DNA of 64,000 nucleotides from Dehalococcoidia bacterium. GTDB taxonomy: Bacteria; Chloroflexota; Dehalococcoidia; Lucifugimonadales; UBA3495. The translations under genes were made by a program, and so were the position numbers. The notes below the pieces were generated by a model, which made no database searches, had not been told where the DNA came from, and saw only the letters and a list, made by a program, of their open reading frames with translations. Below are positions 11,089-21,559 of the stretch, piece by piece (the stretch's first letter is position 1; every line of letters begins with the position of its first letter). The stretch covers positions 395-64,394 of the forward strand of contig JAKUQE010000013.1 in NCBI GenBank assembly GCA_022450395.1, in the 5' to 3' direction.

Positions 11089-11325
11089 ATGGCTGAAGGC
11101 GATATGACCGTGGTGCAAAGCTGCGGAGCGTGCGGCGAAGAACTGGGTAGTTTTGACGTGAAGAAAGACAACATGATGCTGATGACCACCGAAACTATAT
11201 GGTGCCCCAAGTGTCAGGCCGACACCCATGAAGTCCGGGACCTGGCCGGGCGCGGCGCCGCGATTCAGCAGGAACAAGGCTCTTACGCCGCGAATAATCC
11301 CTTTGATCCCGAGACGCGGCGTTAG
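11089..11325 (+). CDS. Small putative zinc-ribbon protein, 78 aa
   Basis: CGAC and CPKC pairs; fills the gap between two co-oriented genes (16 and 4 nt spacers). Confidence 0.7.
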   Translation: MAEGDMTVVQSCGACGEELGSFDVKKDNMMLMTTETIWCPKCQADTHEVRDLAGRGAAIQQEQGSYAANNPFDPETRR

Positions 11326-11329
11326 TTCT

Positions 11330-12319
11330 ATGTCCAACCGTAAACCCTTTGCCCTGTTGGTAGTTCCCGACGATGAGCCTCCGGTCCTGTCTGGAACACT
11401 GTATGAGGATCGCGCCCGTGCTTTAGCTGAGACCGTGGAATGGCACTTCGACCGTCCCTTGGACAATGATGAGACGGTAGCGCGTATGCATAACGCTGAG
11501 GCCGTGATCAACATCCGCTCCTCGGTCCAATTCACCAGAGAAGTACTGGCTGCCTGCCCGGCGCTCAAGATTCTGTCCGTTTGGGGCACCGGGGTCGACC
11601 ACGTTGACTTGGCCGCCGCCGAGGAATTGGGCATCACCGTTTCCAACACCCCGGCATATGGCGCGCCCTACGTGTCGGAGCACGCGTTGACGTTGGCCCT
11701 GGCCGTTTCTAGGCAGATCGTGATAAACGACCAGCATATACGAAGTGGCGGCTGGACCAGGGGCTTCATCAACGAGCTCTATGGCAAAACCTTGGGCGTG
11801 GTGGGAACCGGAGCCATCGGCCGGCGTATGATCCAGCTAGGGAAAGGCATCGGCATGAGGGTGGTGGCCTGGACGGTGCACCCCAGCCCTGAGCGGGCCG
11901 CCGAATATGAAGTAGAATTCCTGTCTCTTGACGACCTGCTACGTCAGTCCGATGTTGTATCCCTTCACGTGGCGTTAACCGAGATCACCCGGGGCCTCAT
12001 CGGACGCGCCCAGTTTGATCTGATGAAAGATACGGCTATCTTGGTGAACACCTCCCGCGGCCCTGCCGTGGACGAGGAGGCGCTGATCGACGCCCTGGAG
12101 AATGGGCGCATCGCCGGAGCGGGGTTGGATGTGTTCCAAGCCGAGCCTCTTGCGCCCGGGCATCGTCTTACCCAACTGGAAAACGTGGTTCTGTCTCCCC
12201 ACGCCGGAGGAATGGCCTACAACGGCACCATGCGCGGATTGGAGATGTCGGTGGAAAATCTGGAGTCTTTCGCCGCCGGGTCCCCGATCTATGTCGTGGC
12301 CCAGGGTAGCCGGCGTTAA
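11330..12319 (+). CDS. D-2-hydroxyacid dehydrogenase family (phosphoglycerate/glyoxylate reductase-like)
   Basis: GTGAIG Rossmann motif, NTSRG, LDVF..EP, SPHAGG; start at ATG 11330. Confidence 0.9.
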   Translation: MSNRKPFALLVVPDDEPPVLSGTLYEDRARALAETVEWHFDRPLDNDETVARMHNAEAVINIRSSVQFTREVLAACPALKILSVWGTGVDHVDLAAAEELGITVSNTPAYGAPYVSEHALTLALAVSRQIVINDQHIRSGGWTRGFINELYGKTLGVVGTGAIGRRMIQLGKGIGMRVVAWTVHPSPERAAEYEVEFLSLDDLLRQSDVVSLHVALTEITRGLIGRAQFDLMKDTAILVNTSRGPAVDEEALIDALENGRIAGAGLDVFQAEPLAPGHRLTQLENVVLSPHAGGMAYNGTMRGLEMSVENLESFAAGSPIYVVAQGSRR

Positions 12320-12394
12320 CTCCCTAAGGTCCGCCGTCCGGCTGATGGTCTCAATGGCCGCCTTGTAGTTGGTTGGACCCCTGGGGCACCGATA

Positions 12395-13240
12395 ATGAAC
12401 ACCAGAGTGACCCTTGCCGCCGGTTTTATCCTTGGTCTAGTGGTTGTAGCATTCGTGTTCTGGTCACAGTTAGAAAAACGGTACATATTCTTCCCCACCG
12501 CGGCCATTGAGCAGACGCCGGGCGACTTTGGGATTGAATACGAAGAAGTTTTCTTCACCACCGGGGACGGTCTCAACCTGCACGGATGGTACCTGCCCGG
12601 CACAGGGGACGTAACCTGGCTCTGGTTTCACGGCAACGGCGGCAACATCAGCCATCGGGTTGAAGAACTGGCCCTCTTCCGGCACCGGTTGGGTGTGAAC
12701 CAGTTTATCTTCGATTACAGGGGTTATGGCCGCAGCCCCGGGACACCGTCCGAAAAGGGGACATATCAGGACGCTAGAGCCGCGTTAGAGTATCTGACAT
12801 CCCGGTCCGACTTAGCACCGGAGAAGATTGTCTACTTCGGACGGTCTCTTGGCGCGGCGGTTGCGGTGGAGTTGGCCGCCAGCAAGGAACCGTTGGCCTT
12901 GGTGCTGGTGGCCCCATTCTCATCCATATCGGACATGGCGAAAGTGGCCTTTCCCTTCACACCCTTCCACCTGCTGGTCCGGGGAAGGTACGACTCCATT
13001 ACTACTATCAGGCAGATCCACCGCCCGGTGCTCATCCTCCACGGGGACCAAGATGCGACGGTGCCGCTGAGTCAGGGTAAGAAGTTGTTCGAGGCGGCGA
13101 ATCAACCTAAGAGGTTCCAGCTGCTACCTGGGACGGCCCACAACGACACCTACATCGCCGGCGGCGGGAGTTACTGGGACACGTTGAACGAATTTCTGGC
13201 TTCTCTGAAGGACAGTCCCACCGATTCCAGCCCAAACTGA
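12395..13240 (+). CDS. Membrane-anchored alpha/beta hydrolase (BEM46/ABHD-like)
   Basis: N-terminal TM, FHGNGGN, DYRGYG, GRSLG nucleophile elbow, HGDQD, HND. Confidence 0.9.
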   Translation: MNTRVTLAAGFILGLVVVAFVFWSQLEKRYIFFPTAAIEQTPGDFGIEYEEVFFTTGDGLNLHGWYLPGTGDVTWLWFHGNGGNISHRVEELALFRHRLGVNQFIFDYRGYGRSPGTPSEKGTYQDARAALEYLTSRSDLAPEKIVYFGRSLGAAVAVELAASKEPLALVLVAPFSSISDMAKVAFPFTPFHLLVRGRYDSITTIRQIHRPVLILHGDQDATVPLSQGKKLFEAANQPKRFQLLPGTAHNDTYIAGGGSYWDTLNEFLASLKDSPTDSSPN

Positions 13241-13311
13241 TGCTGGTATCAGCGATCGATCCCGGGCTTGCTGAATGCCGCCAAGGCACCCATTTTCGGA
13301 TGTGTTAGTAG

Positions 13312-13344
13312 AAATTGGCGCCGACTGATCGGCGCCAATTTTTT
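13312..13344. terminator. Probable bidirectional intrinsic terminator
   Basis: AAATTGGCGCCGA-CTGA-TCGGCGCCAATTT followed by a T run, between convergent genes. Confidence 0.8.
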
Positions 13345-13418
13345 ACGTGAGAGCGGTCTTCCTCTCACCATCGGCCAGGCGAACCTGGCGAGGGAGTGAG
13401 AGCATTCAGCGGCCGGAC

Positions 13419-13613
13419 TTAAGTCTTTTCTGCGTAGTCCAGGTTGTGCAGGTATTTGTTCCCTTGCCCTTCTCCGTCGACGATAACCACTTCATGCACG
13501 TTAACTTCGACGGACTCAATGTGTAGGCTCACTCCGGTGGTTTCCACCACCAAGCCCGCCCGGGTTTTGAACCGCAATCCGGCTTCCACACTTGTCATTT
13601 CCGCGTATGCCAA
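13419..13613 (-). CDS. Small hypothetical protein, about 64 aa
   Basis: GGAGGAGG SD shortly before TTG at 13613; own sigma70-like promoter upstream and terminator downstream. Confidence 0.65.
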   Translation of the reverse strand: MAYAEMTSVEAGLRFKTRAGLVVETTGVSLHIESVEVNVHEVVIVDGEGQGNKYLHNLDYAEKT

Positions 13614-13738
13614 CTTACCCTCCTCCGTCTTGTGTACTGCTTTTCCCTTAGGGGTGTTATTTTTCCGCAACCATCACTCTGGTGCGTTCTACCGAAGCCG
13701 ATACCGGGTCCATAATCATTTTCAGGTCCGGTATCAGC

Positions 13739-13767
13739 AGTCTACAAACCAGCAACGTCACCGTCAA
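13739..13767 (-). promoter_or_regulatory. Sigma70-type promoter for the small gene
   Basis: TTGACG-17 nt-TAGACT on the minus strand. Confidence 0.6.
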
Positions 13768-13834
13768 CCCTAACCAGGCAGTTTGATCGTCACAGCCAAA
13801 CTCCCAAGAGTTGAGTTGCCAAGGCCCATCGGAC

Positions 13835-14134
13835 CTAGAGCCCCGAAATTATCTCAGTTTCGTAGTCCAGCAACTCCAAGTCGTCGCGGCTCTTTTCCAC
13901 AAACGCGACTACATTAGACAGAATCTCGTTGGCATGCTTGGTGTCGTTGCTCAAGCAACAAATACCCAAAGTAAGCCGCTGCCACAGGTCGTTATCGTCT
14001 GCCTCCGCGACAGTGACGTTGAATTGGTTGCGGATCCTTGCCGCTACCGACCGGGCAACCTGGCGCTTGGCCTTTAGGCTGTGACTGTCCGGCAAGAAGA
14101 ACTCCATCCGGCAATATCCTATGTGCAAACTCAT
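13835..14134 (-). CDS. DUF503 (YlxP-like) protein
   Basis: SHSLKAKR...RNQFNVTVAE..DNDLWQR family signature. Confidence 0.88.
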   Translation of the reverse strand: MSLHIGYCRMEFFLPDSHSLKAKRQVARSVAARIRNQFNVTVAEADDNDLWQRLTLGICCLSNDTKHANEILSNVVAFVEKSRDDLELLDYETEIISGL

Positions 14135-14380
14135 ATCGTCAGAATTCAGACTTGATTACCGGCGGGCGTGCCGCCTGGAATAAGCCATTCGCCATTTCCG
14201 GATTCGCATTCGTACTGATTTTCACAAATACCTTGACTCATCGTTAATAGTCATTATAGATTATATCTCGGATATTCCTAACTCGGCCTGTCCGTAACGC
14301 ACGAACTAGTCTTTTAGGATCGCCTGGCCGCTTACTCTGGTAGACCCCGCGGTAGCACCGTATGGAGGAGCTGGGACTAT

Positions 14381-15043
14381 ATGGCCCTTGATTCCGCTTC
14401 GCAAAACCAACGCCGGTCCGCCGAGCCAGAAGTGGTGGTAGAACGCCTCCCCCTGTACGTTCGAATCCTCACCCGTCTGCTCCAAGAGGGCGCTGAGGTC
14501 GTCAGCTCCCAGCAACTGGGCGAGAAACTACAGGTGACCCCAGCCCAGATTCGCAAGGACCTGAGCTATTTTGGCCGATTCGGCAAGCAGGGACGCGGTT
14601 ACAGCGTCATTCATCTCTTGGAAAGGCTGAAGCTAATCCTTGGTCTGAACTCCTTCTGGAACGTTGCCGTTGTGGGAGTAGGCCGCCTGGGTAGAGCCAT
14701 CCTCAGTTATCCCGGATTCACGCCTGACGGATTCCATCTAGTTGCCGCGTTTGACTCAAACCCCGATGTGGTTGGGGAAACCGTTGCCGGGTTAACGGTT
14801 AACTCCCTGGAGCAACTGGACGAGATAGTAAGCAGCAAGAAGATCAGTATAGCCATTGTGGCCGTGCCCACGGAGCATACGCAGGGCGTAGTGGACCGAT
14901 TAGTGGCTTGCGGAGTGCGTGCGGTGCTGAACTATGCCCCGATATCGCCTCAGGTGAGGGAAGGGGTCCGGGTGAGGAATATCGACCCGGTGTTGTCCTT
15001 GCAGTCTATGACTTACTACTTGACCGACCATTCGGTTGAGTAG
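14381..15043 (+). CDS. rex: Redox-sensing transcriptional repressor Rex
   Basis: RLPLYVR, QIRKDLSYFGRFGKQGRGY, VGVGRLGRA, LNYAP. Confidence 0.96.
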   Translation: MALDSASQNQRRSAEPEVVVERLPLYVRILTRLLQEGAEVVSSQQLGEKLQVTPAQIRKDLSYFGRFGKQGRGYSVIHLLERLKLILGLNSFWNVAVVGVGRLGRAILSYPGFTPDGFHLVAAFDSNPDVVGETVAGLTVNSLEQLDEIVSSKKISIAIVAVPTEHTQGVVDRLVACGVRAVLNYAPISPQVREGVRVRNIDPVLSLQSMTYYLTDHSVE

Positions 15044-15081
15044 CCCGTTCTCAGCCTCTCCCCTCACCCTGCCTAAATTAT

Positions 15082-15531
15082 TTACGCGGACCCTCCAGCG
15101 TCTCCGGCTCCCGGCCTAGGCGCCCTGGTTCGCCGCCGCCGCACCACGTTTAGCCGCACTTGGGCCCGGCGTACGGAAGCCACGGCCCGCTCCAATTGCA
15201 TGTCGGTGCCCTGGTTGGCCATCCGCTCTCGGGCCCGGTCCACCGCGATCTGGGCCCGCTCTTCGTTTATCTCGTCGGAACGTTCACAGGCATCGGCCAA
15301 GATGGTAACCTTGTTGCCCATGACCTCCAAGAACCCCCCGGTGACCGCCAGGTAGGTCTCTTCCCCGTCTTTACGAATCAGAATTTCTCCAGGCTGCAAC
15401 GCCGTCATCAAGGGAGCGTGGTGGGCCAAGATGCCCAATTCGCCTTCGATGCCGGGAGCAACCACCAATTCCACTTCGTCGTCGTAGACTTGTTGCTCGG
15501 CGGTGATTATTTCCAGTTGCATTGTTGCCAT
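15082..15531 (-). CDS. atpC: ATP synthase F1 epsilon subunit
   Basis: GELGILAHHAP and GGFLEV motifs; last gene of the atp operon. Confidence 0.96.
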   Translation of the reverse strand: MATMQLEIITAEQQVYDDEVELVVAPGIEGELGILAHHAPLMTALQPGEILIRKDGEETYLAVTGGFLEVMGNKVTILADACERSDEINEERAQIAVDRARERMANQGTDMQLERAVASVRRAQVRLNVVRRRRTRAPRPGAGDAGGSA

Positions 15532-15622
15532 GGTTTTTTATCCTTTCAGTCGACGCTTGCCCAGTAGCAATCGGTTAAGCTCATCAACTGGCGAAAAGTT
15601 GTGAGTCAGCCAAAGGCAGTAG

Positions 15623-15862
15623 TCAGATAACGCTCTGCATTTTATTCGCAAAATCACGGCCAGAAGTTGCTGGTGGAAGAGGGTTGCCATCCTTTCGGAA
15701 GAGTTCGACGACCTCTTCAACTATCCGGCAGAGCTCGCGGAAAACCTCTCTTTCGTTGTCCCCATGGCACCCGCCAAAAATCAGTCCCGGGGAACTTCCT
15801 ACATAGCATTGATCCTCGTCGGACCATTCCACGATCTTTATGTACTTCGCGCTATCCTTCAC
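15623..15862 (-). CDS. Short HicB-like antitoxin
   Basis: IVEWSDEDQCYVGSSP...GCHGD...PLP HicB-like RNase H fold; overlaps the hicA stop. Confidence 0.8.
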   Translation of the reverse strand: MKDSAKYIKIVEWSDEDQCYVGSSPGLIFGGCHGDNEREVFRELCRIVEEVVELFRKDGNPLPPATSGRDFANKMQSVI

Positions 15863-16055
15863 TTTTTGACTCCTCGATGGCCAGCCGCACCGCCCTTACT
15901 TGATACTGTTTGGCATCGTCACCCAGGTTGTCTAAAATTGTGATCGGTTTGATAACATTGGGATGAATAAACTTTCTATGACTGCCTCTGCATCCCCGGT
16001 TCACAAACCGGGCGAGTTCGAGGTCGGCGATTAGGTCTCGTATCTTTGGGGGCAC
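15852..16055 (-). CDS. HicA-family mRNA interferase toxin
   Basis: RGSHRKFIHP and AKQYQV signatures; 67 aa. Confidence 0.82.
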   Translation of the reverse strand: MPPKIRDLIADLELARFVNRGCRGSHRKFIHPNVIKPITILDNLGDDAKQYQVRAVRLAIEESKSEG

Positions 16056-16183
16056 TGACTCTTCGGCTTAACCGGCTTCACAGAAGAAAAACAACATCAG
16101 CGGAGCTGAACCGGTTACGGCTTGAGATTTCTTAATCACGGTTGCCTCGCTTCAGATAAGCCGGTGCCCGGCACAACTGACAC

Positions 16184-17596
<1,413 letters not shown>

Positions 17597-17647
17597 CTAA
17601 GTTAGCAAGTCTCTAAAGATTGCGCTCGCGCTTTCCCGCTGATTCGT

Positions 17648-18511
17648 TTAGCCTTCCAGGGCCATCTGTCCTCCGATCAGGTCCAGCAATTCGTTCGTAA
17701 TGCTATCCTGGCGGATCCGGTTCATCACCAGGGTCATGTCGTTCATCAGATCGTTGGCGTTGTCGGTTGCGTTACGCATGGCGACCATGCGGGACGACTG
17801 CTCGCTGGCGTTGGACTCCAGCAGGGCATGGAATACCTCCATCTCAACATATCGCGGCAGCAAGCTCTCCAGCACCGCTAGGCTGTCCGGCTCGTAGATG
17901 TATCCGACCCTTTCCGAACCGGTCAGGGATGCGGGCGCCACTGGCAGCAGCTTCTCAATCACCGGTACCTGGGACAAAGTAGAAGCGAACCTGGTGAAGG
18001 CTAGATGGACCTCGTCCACCTCGCCTTCGGAGTAGGAGTCGATTACCAAGTGGGAAATGGCGATAGTATCGGCCAAGACCGGGCGGTCTGGCAGTTCGGT
18101 AAAAACTGCTTTGACCTCCTGCCCGGAGCGGATCATGAAGTCTCTGCCTTTTCTGCCCGCTACGATGGCAGTGATTGGAACCGTTTGCTCCAGCATGAAC
18201 TGACCCACTACCCGGTTCAGGTTGGCGTGCATCCCGCCGCATAAGCCCCGGTCCGGGCTGATCACCAGAATACCCACCCGCTGCAAGGGTCGTACCTGAA
18301 GCAGGGGATGTACGGTCGCTTCGTCATCGCCGGGCTGGGCCGCCAGGTGGGTGATGATTTCTTGAATCTTCTCAGCGAAGGGCCGTCCTTGGGTTACCGC
18401 CTGTTGGGCGCGCCGCATCTTGGACGCCGCGATCAGCGACATGGCGTTGGTTACCTTGCCGGTATTTTGCACGCTGCGGATGCGGAGGCGCATGTCTCTA
18501 ACGCTGGGCAT
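17648..18511 (-). CDS. atpG: ATP synthase F1 gamma subunit
   Basis: DRGLCG, RMVAMRNATDNA, RQDSITNEL. Confidence 0.97.
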   Translation of the reverse strand: MPSVRDMRLRIRSVQNTGKVTNAMSLIAASKMRRAQQAVTQGRPFAEKIQEIITHLAAQPGDDEATVHPLLQVRPLQRVGILVISPDRGLCGGMHANLNRVVGQFMLEQTVPITAIVAGRKGRDFMIRSGQEVKAVFTELPDRPVLADTIAISHLVIDSYSEGEVDEVHLAFTRFASTLSQVPVIEKLLPVAPASLTGSERVGYIYEPDSLAVLESLLPRYVEMEVFHALLESNASEQSSRMVAMRNATDNANDLMNDMTLVMNRIRQDSITNELLDLIGGQMALEG

Positions 18512-18545
18512 TTATCTCTTTCCCATCGGCCTTATTTCGCATGCC

Positions 18546-20057
18546 TTAAGCGCTGAACCCGGCCTTGAAGTCGTTGATGGCCTGGGTCAAAGCAGATTCG
18601 ATCTCCGGTGTTATATCTTTGACCGTCGCGATGTCTTGGCCGATCTGCGGGTGGGTTGACGACATATGCCGCAACAATTGGTCTTGGAAGTCGGCGCAGC
18701 GTTCCAGAGGAAGGTCCTCAAGGAGCCCTTCATTGACCGCGAAAAGGATGATTACTTCCTGCTCCAGGGATAGCGGCTTGGAATGAGGCTGCTTCAACAT
18801 TTCCGTGGCAAGCTGGCCTCGGGCCAGTTGGGCCCTGGTCGCGGCATCCAGATCGGCGGTGCCGAACTGGGCAAAGGTGGCCAGTTCCCGGTATTGGGCC
18901 AGGTCCAGGCGTAAACGGCCCGCCACCCGGCGGATGGCTCTGGTTTGGGCGGCGCCGCCCACTCGGGACACTGACAAACCTACGTTGACCGCCGGCCTGA
19001 TACCGGCATTGAACAGCTCCGTCTCTAGGTAGATCTGCCCGTCGGTGATTGAAATGACGTTGGTTGGTATGTACGCCGAAACGTCTCCGGCCTGAGTCTC
19101 GATGATTGGTAACGCGGTGATGGAGCCGCCGCCATGGGCTTCGTCCAGCCGGGCGGACCGCTCCAGCAACCGGCTGTGGAGGTAAAAAATGTCGCCGGGA
19201 TAGGCTTCGCGGCCGGCCGGGCGGCGCAGCAGCAAAGACATCTGGCGGTAGGCCCAGGCATGTTTGGTCAGATCGTCGTAGACGATAAGTACGTCCTTGC
19301 CTTGGGCCATGAACTCTTCGGCTATGGCACAGCCCGCGTAAGGGGCGATGTACTGTATAGGAGCAGAGTCGGCGGCGCCGGCGGTGACGACGATGGTGTG
19401 TTCCATTGCGCCGTTTTCTTCCAAAATGTTGACCGCTTGGGCCACCTTGCCCTGTTTCTGGCCGATGCCGACGTAAACGCAGATCAGGTCGCCACCTTTT
19501 TGGTTAATGATGGTATCCAGGGCTATGGTGGTTTTGCCTGTGGACCGGTCGCCGATTATCAGCTCCCGTTGACCGCGGCCGATGGGAATCATGGCGTCGA
19601 CAGCCTTGATACCGGTTTGTACCGGTGTATCCACCGATTGCCGGGACACTACGTTGGGAGCAACTTTTTCAACCGGGCGAGTGGAGGTGGTATTTACGGG
19701 CCCCTTTCCATCCAGGGGATTTCCAACCGGATTTACGACACGGCCGATCAGAGCCTCGCCCACCGGAACCTCAATGATTCTCCCGGTGGAGCGGACCTGG
19801 TCTCCTTCCTTGACCACGTTGGGGTCACCGAGAATAGCCGCGCCGACCAAGTCGGATTCTAAATTCAAGGCGAGACCTAGCACGTCGCTGCCGAAGTCCA
19901 ATAGTTCGTTGTATCCGACGCCCTGCAACCCTTGAATGCTGGCAACTCCGTCGCCCACTTGGACCACGGTTCCAACGTCCACCAAGGTCAGATCGCCTTC
20001 GAACTCTTCGATCTGGCGCTTGATCAACGATACTATATCTTGTCCTCTAGTCGCCAT
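18546..20057 (-). CDS. atpA: ATP synthase F1 alpha subunit
   Basis: [31 protein letters not shown]. Confidence 0.98.
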   Translation of the reverse strand: MATRGQDIVSLIKRQIEEFEGDLTLVDVGTVVQVGDGVASIQGLQGVGYNELLDFGSDVLGLALNLESDLVGAAILGDPNVVKEGDQVRSTGRIIEVPVGEALIGRVVNPVGNPLDGKGPVNTTSTRPVEKVAPNVVSRQSVDTPVQTGIKAVDAMIPIGRGQRELIIGDRSTGKTTIALDTIINQKGGDLICVYVGIGQKQGKVAQAVNILEENGAMEHTIVVTAGAADSAPIQYIAPYAGCAIAEEFMAQGKDVLIVYDDLTKHAWAYRQMSLLLRRPAGREAYPGDIFYLHSRLLERSARLDEAHGGGSITALPIIETQAGDVSAYIPTNVISITDGQIYLETELFNAGIRPAVNVGLSVSRVGGAAQTRAIRRVAGRLRLDLAQYRELATFAQFGTADLDAATRAQLARGQLATEMLKQPHSKPLSLEQEVIILFAVNEGLLEDLPLERCADFQDQLLRHMSSTHPQIGQDIATVKDITPEIESALTQAINDFKAGFSA

Positions 20058-20118
20058 TGGTGACTCCCTTTTCTGGTCCGGCCTGGCCGCGCCCGGGCCT
20101 TCGTAATCGGTTCTAAGA

Positions 20119-20658
20119 CTAGCTAACGCCGGAACGCACCCGCTTCCTTAGCGCTTCCAAGTGTGTCCGGGTGCTGCCGTCGAGCAGTTGGTCTCCTATC
20201 TGGATCACAATGCCGCCGATTATGTCTTCGTCAACTTCAGTGGTAACCACGACCTCTTTTCCAGTCAAGTTGGAGACGAACTGGGTGATACTTTGGAGCT
20301 CGGCATAGTCCAACGCCACCGCTGTCACAACTTCGATCCGTTGGCGTCCATGGTGGATGTCCAACAGCTTGGTGTAAGCCTCACTCAACTCCGGAGCAAG
20401 GTAGGCTAATCCCTTGGTAACTAGAACATTCAACAGGTTGCGAATCAGCGGATGAACGTCGGGCAAGACGGCTTCTACGGATTTTATCTTCTCATCGGCG
20501 GGGACTTCCGCGTGGTTCAGGAAGGTGCGGAACTCTTCGTCCCGAAGCACCTGGCCGGCCAATTCAAGATCGGCGGCCCACTCGTCGGTCTGTCCTTGCT
20601 CCAATGCCAACTCGAAGATTGCTTGGGCGTAACGCTGCCCGGAGACGCGCTTCGGCAT
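20119..20658 (-). CDS. atpH: ATP synthase delta subunit
   Basis: RYAQAIF and [17 protein letters not shown]; operon position. Confidence 0.95.
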   Translation of the reverse strand: MPKRVSGQRYAQAIFELALEQGQTDEWAADLELAGQVLRDEEFRTFLNHAEVPADEKIKSVEAVLPDVHPLIRNLLNVLVTKGLAYLAPELSEAYTKLLDIHHGRQRIEVVTAVALDYAELQSITQFVSNLTGKEVVVTTEVDEDIIGGIVIQIGDQLLDGSTRTHLEALRKRVRSGVS

Positions 20659-20665
20659 CGGTTAT

Positions 20666-21175
20666 CTATGCCCTCCCGTTTCCGGAGGCTGAACCGCCCT
20701 CTTCCAGGACTTGAGAGATCAATTCTTGGTGGGCTTGACGGTCCAGAGAGCGGCGTATCACCCGCTCAGCCGCGGTTATGGCCAGTTCGCCAAAATTGGC
20801 CCGGACTTCTTGGATGGCGGCGTCGCGTTCCCGTTGGATGTCGGTATGGGCCCGCTCAATGAACGCCTCGGCCTCACCCCTGGCCCGGTCCATCTCCTCG
20901 CTGCGAAACCGGTCCGATGCTTCCCTAGCTTGGTCCAACAATCGCTGGCCTTCCCGGCGGGCCTCGTTGATCTGCTCTTCGATGGCTTCCCTGGCGCTGG
21001 TCGCCTCTTGTCTTGCCTGGTCCGCGGCGGCGAGGCTTTCCCGTATCCGCTCAGCGCGCTGGTCTAATAGCCGGATGATCGGCTTATAGGCCAATAGATA
21101 AAGTATTCCCAGCAGGATCAAAAAGTTGAGCAGGTAAGCGATCAAGCTGGGAAGGTTGATTCCTAGCTCCGTCAT
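20666..21175 (-). CDS. atpF: ATP synthase Fo subunit b
   Basis: N-terminal TM, YKPI..LLDQR, charged coiled coil. Confidence 0.95.
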   Translation of the reverse strand: MTELGINLPSLIAYLLNFLILLGILYLLAYKPIIRLLDQRAERIRESLAAADQARQEATSAREAIEEQINEARREGQRLLDQAREASDRFRSEEMDRARGEAEAFIERAHTDIQRERDAAIQEVRANFGELAITAAERVIRRSLDRQAHQELISQVLEEGGSASGNGRA

Positions 21176-21176
21176 G

Positions 21177-21428
21177 TCAGACCACGAACAACAGTATGAC
21201 CGCCACGATCAATGCGTAGATGCCCAATGCCTCCGCGAAGGCGATGGCCAAAATCATATTCACTTGAATCTGGGCGGCGGCCTCGGGGTTGCGGCCGATG
21301 GCGCCCATGGCGCCGGCGCCCAGGATACCGATTCCAATGCCGGGACCAACCACACCCAATCCGATAGCTAGCCCCGCTCCGATGAACTTCGCAGCTTCTG
21401 GTGCGAACTGCAAAAGGACGAGATCCAT
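21177..21428 (-). CDS. atpE: ATP synthase Fo subunit c (likely H+-coupled)
   Basis: GxGxG helix, RNPEA loop, AEALGIY carboxylate; no Q...ES/T Na+ signature. Confidence 0.96.
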   Translation of the reverse strand: MDLVLLQFAPEAAKFIGAGLAIGLGVVGPGIGIGILGAGAMGAIGRNPEAAAQIQVNMILAIAFAEALGIYALIVAVILLFVV

Positions 21429-21559
21429 GACCGTTTGGCCTCCTAGAATGATTTTATAGTCTCAAAAACGCCTTGAATCCAGATCACCTGCCGGTCCCGT
21501 TCCCTTCGACGGCCTCGGGACTGGCTATCCAACATTTTTCACCGGGCTTCCCGGTCCGG

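Noticed and set aside
13238-13240. Other TGA stops (e.g. 13238, 31144, 33228) as Sec codons
   Set aside because: They end complete domains, with no redox-motif context.
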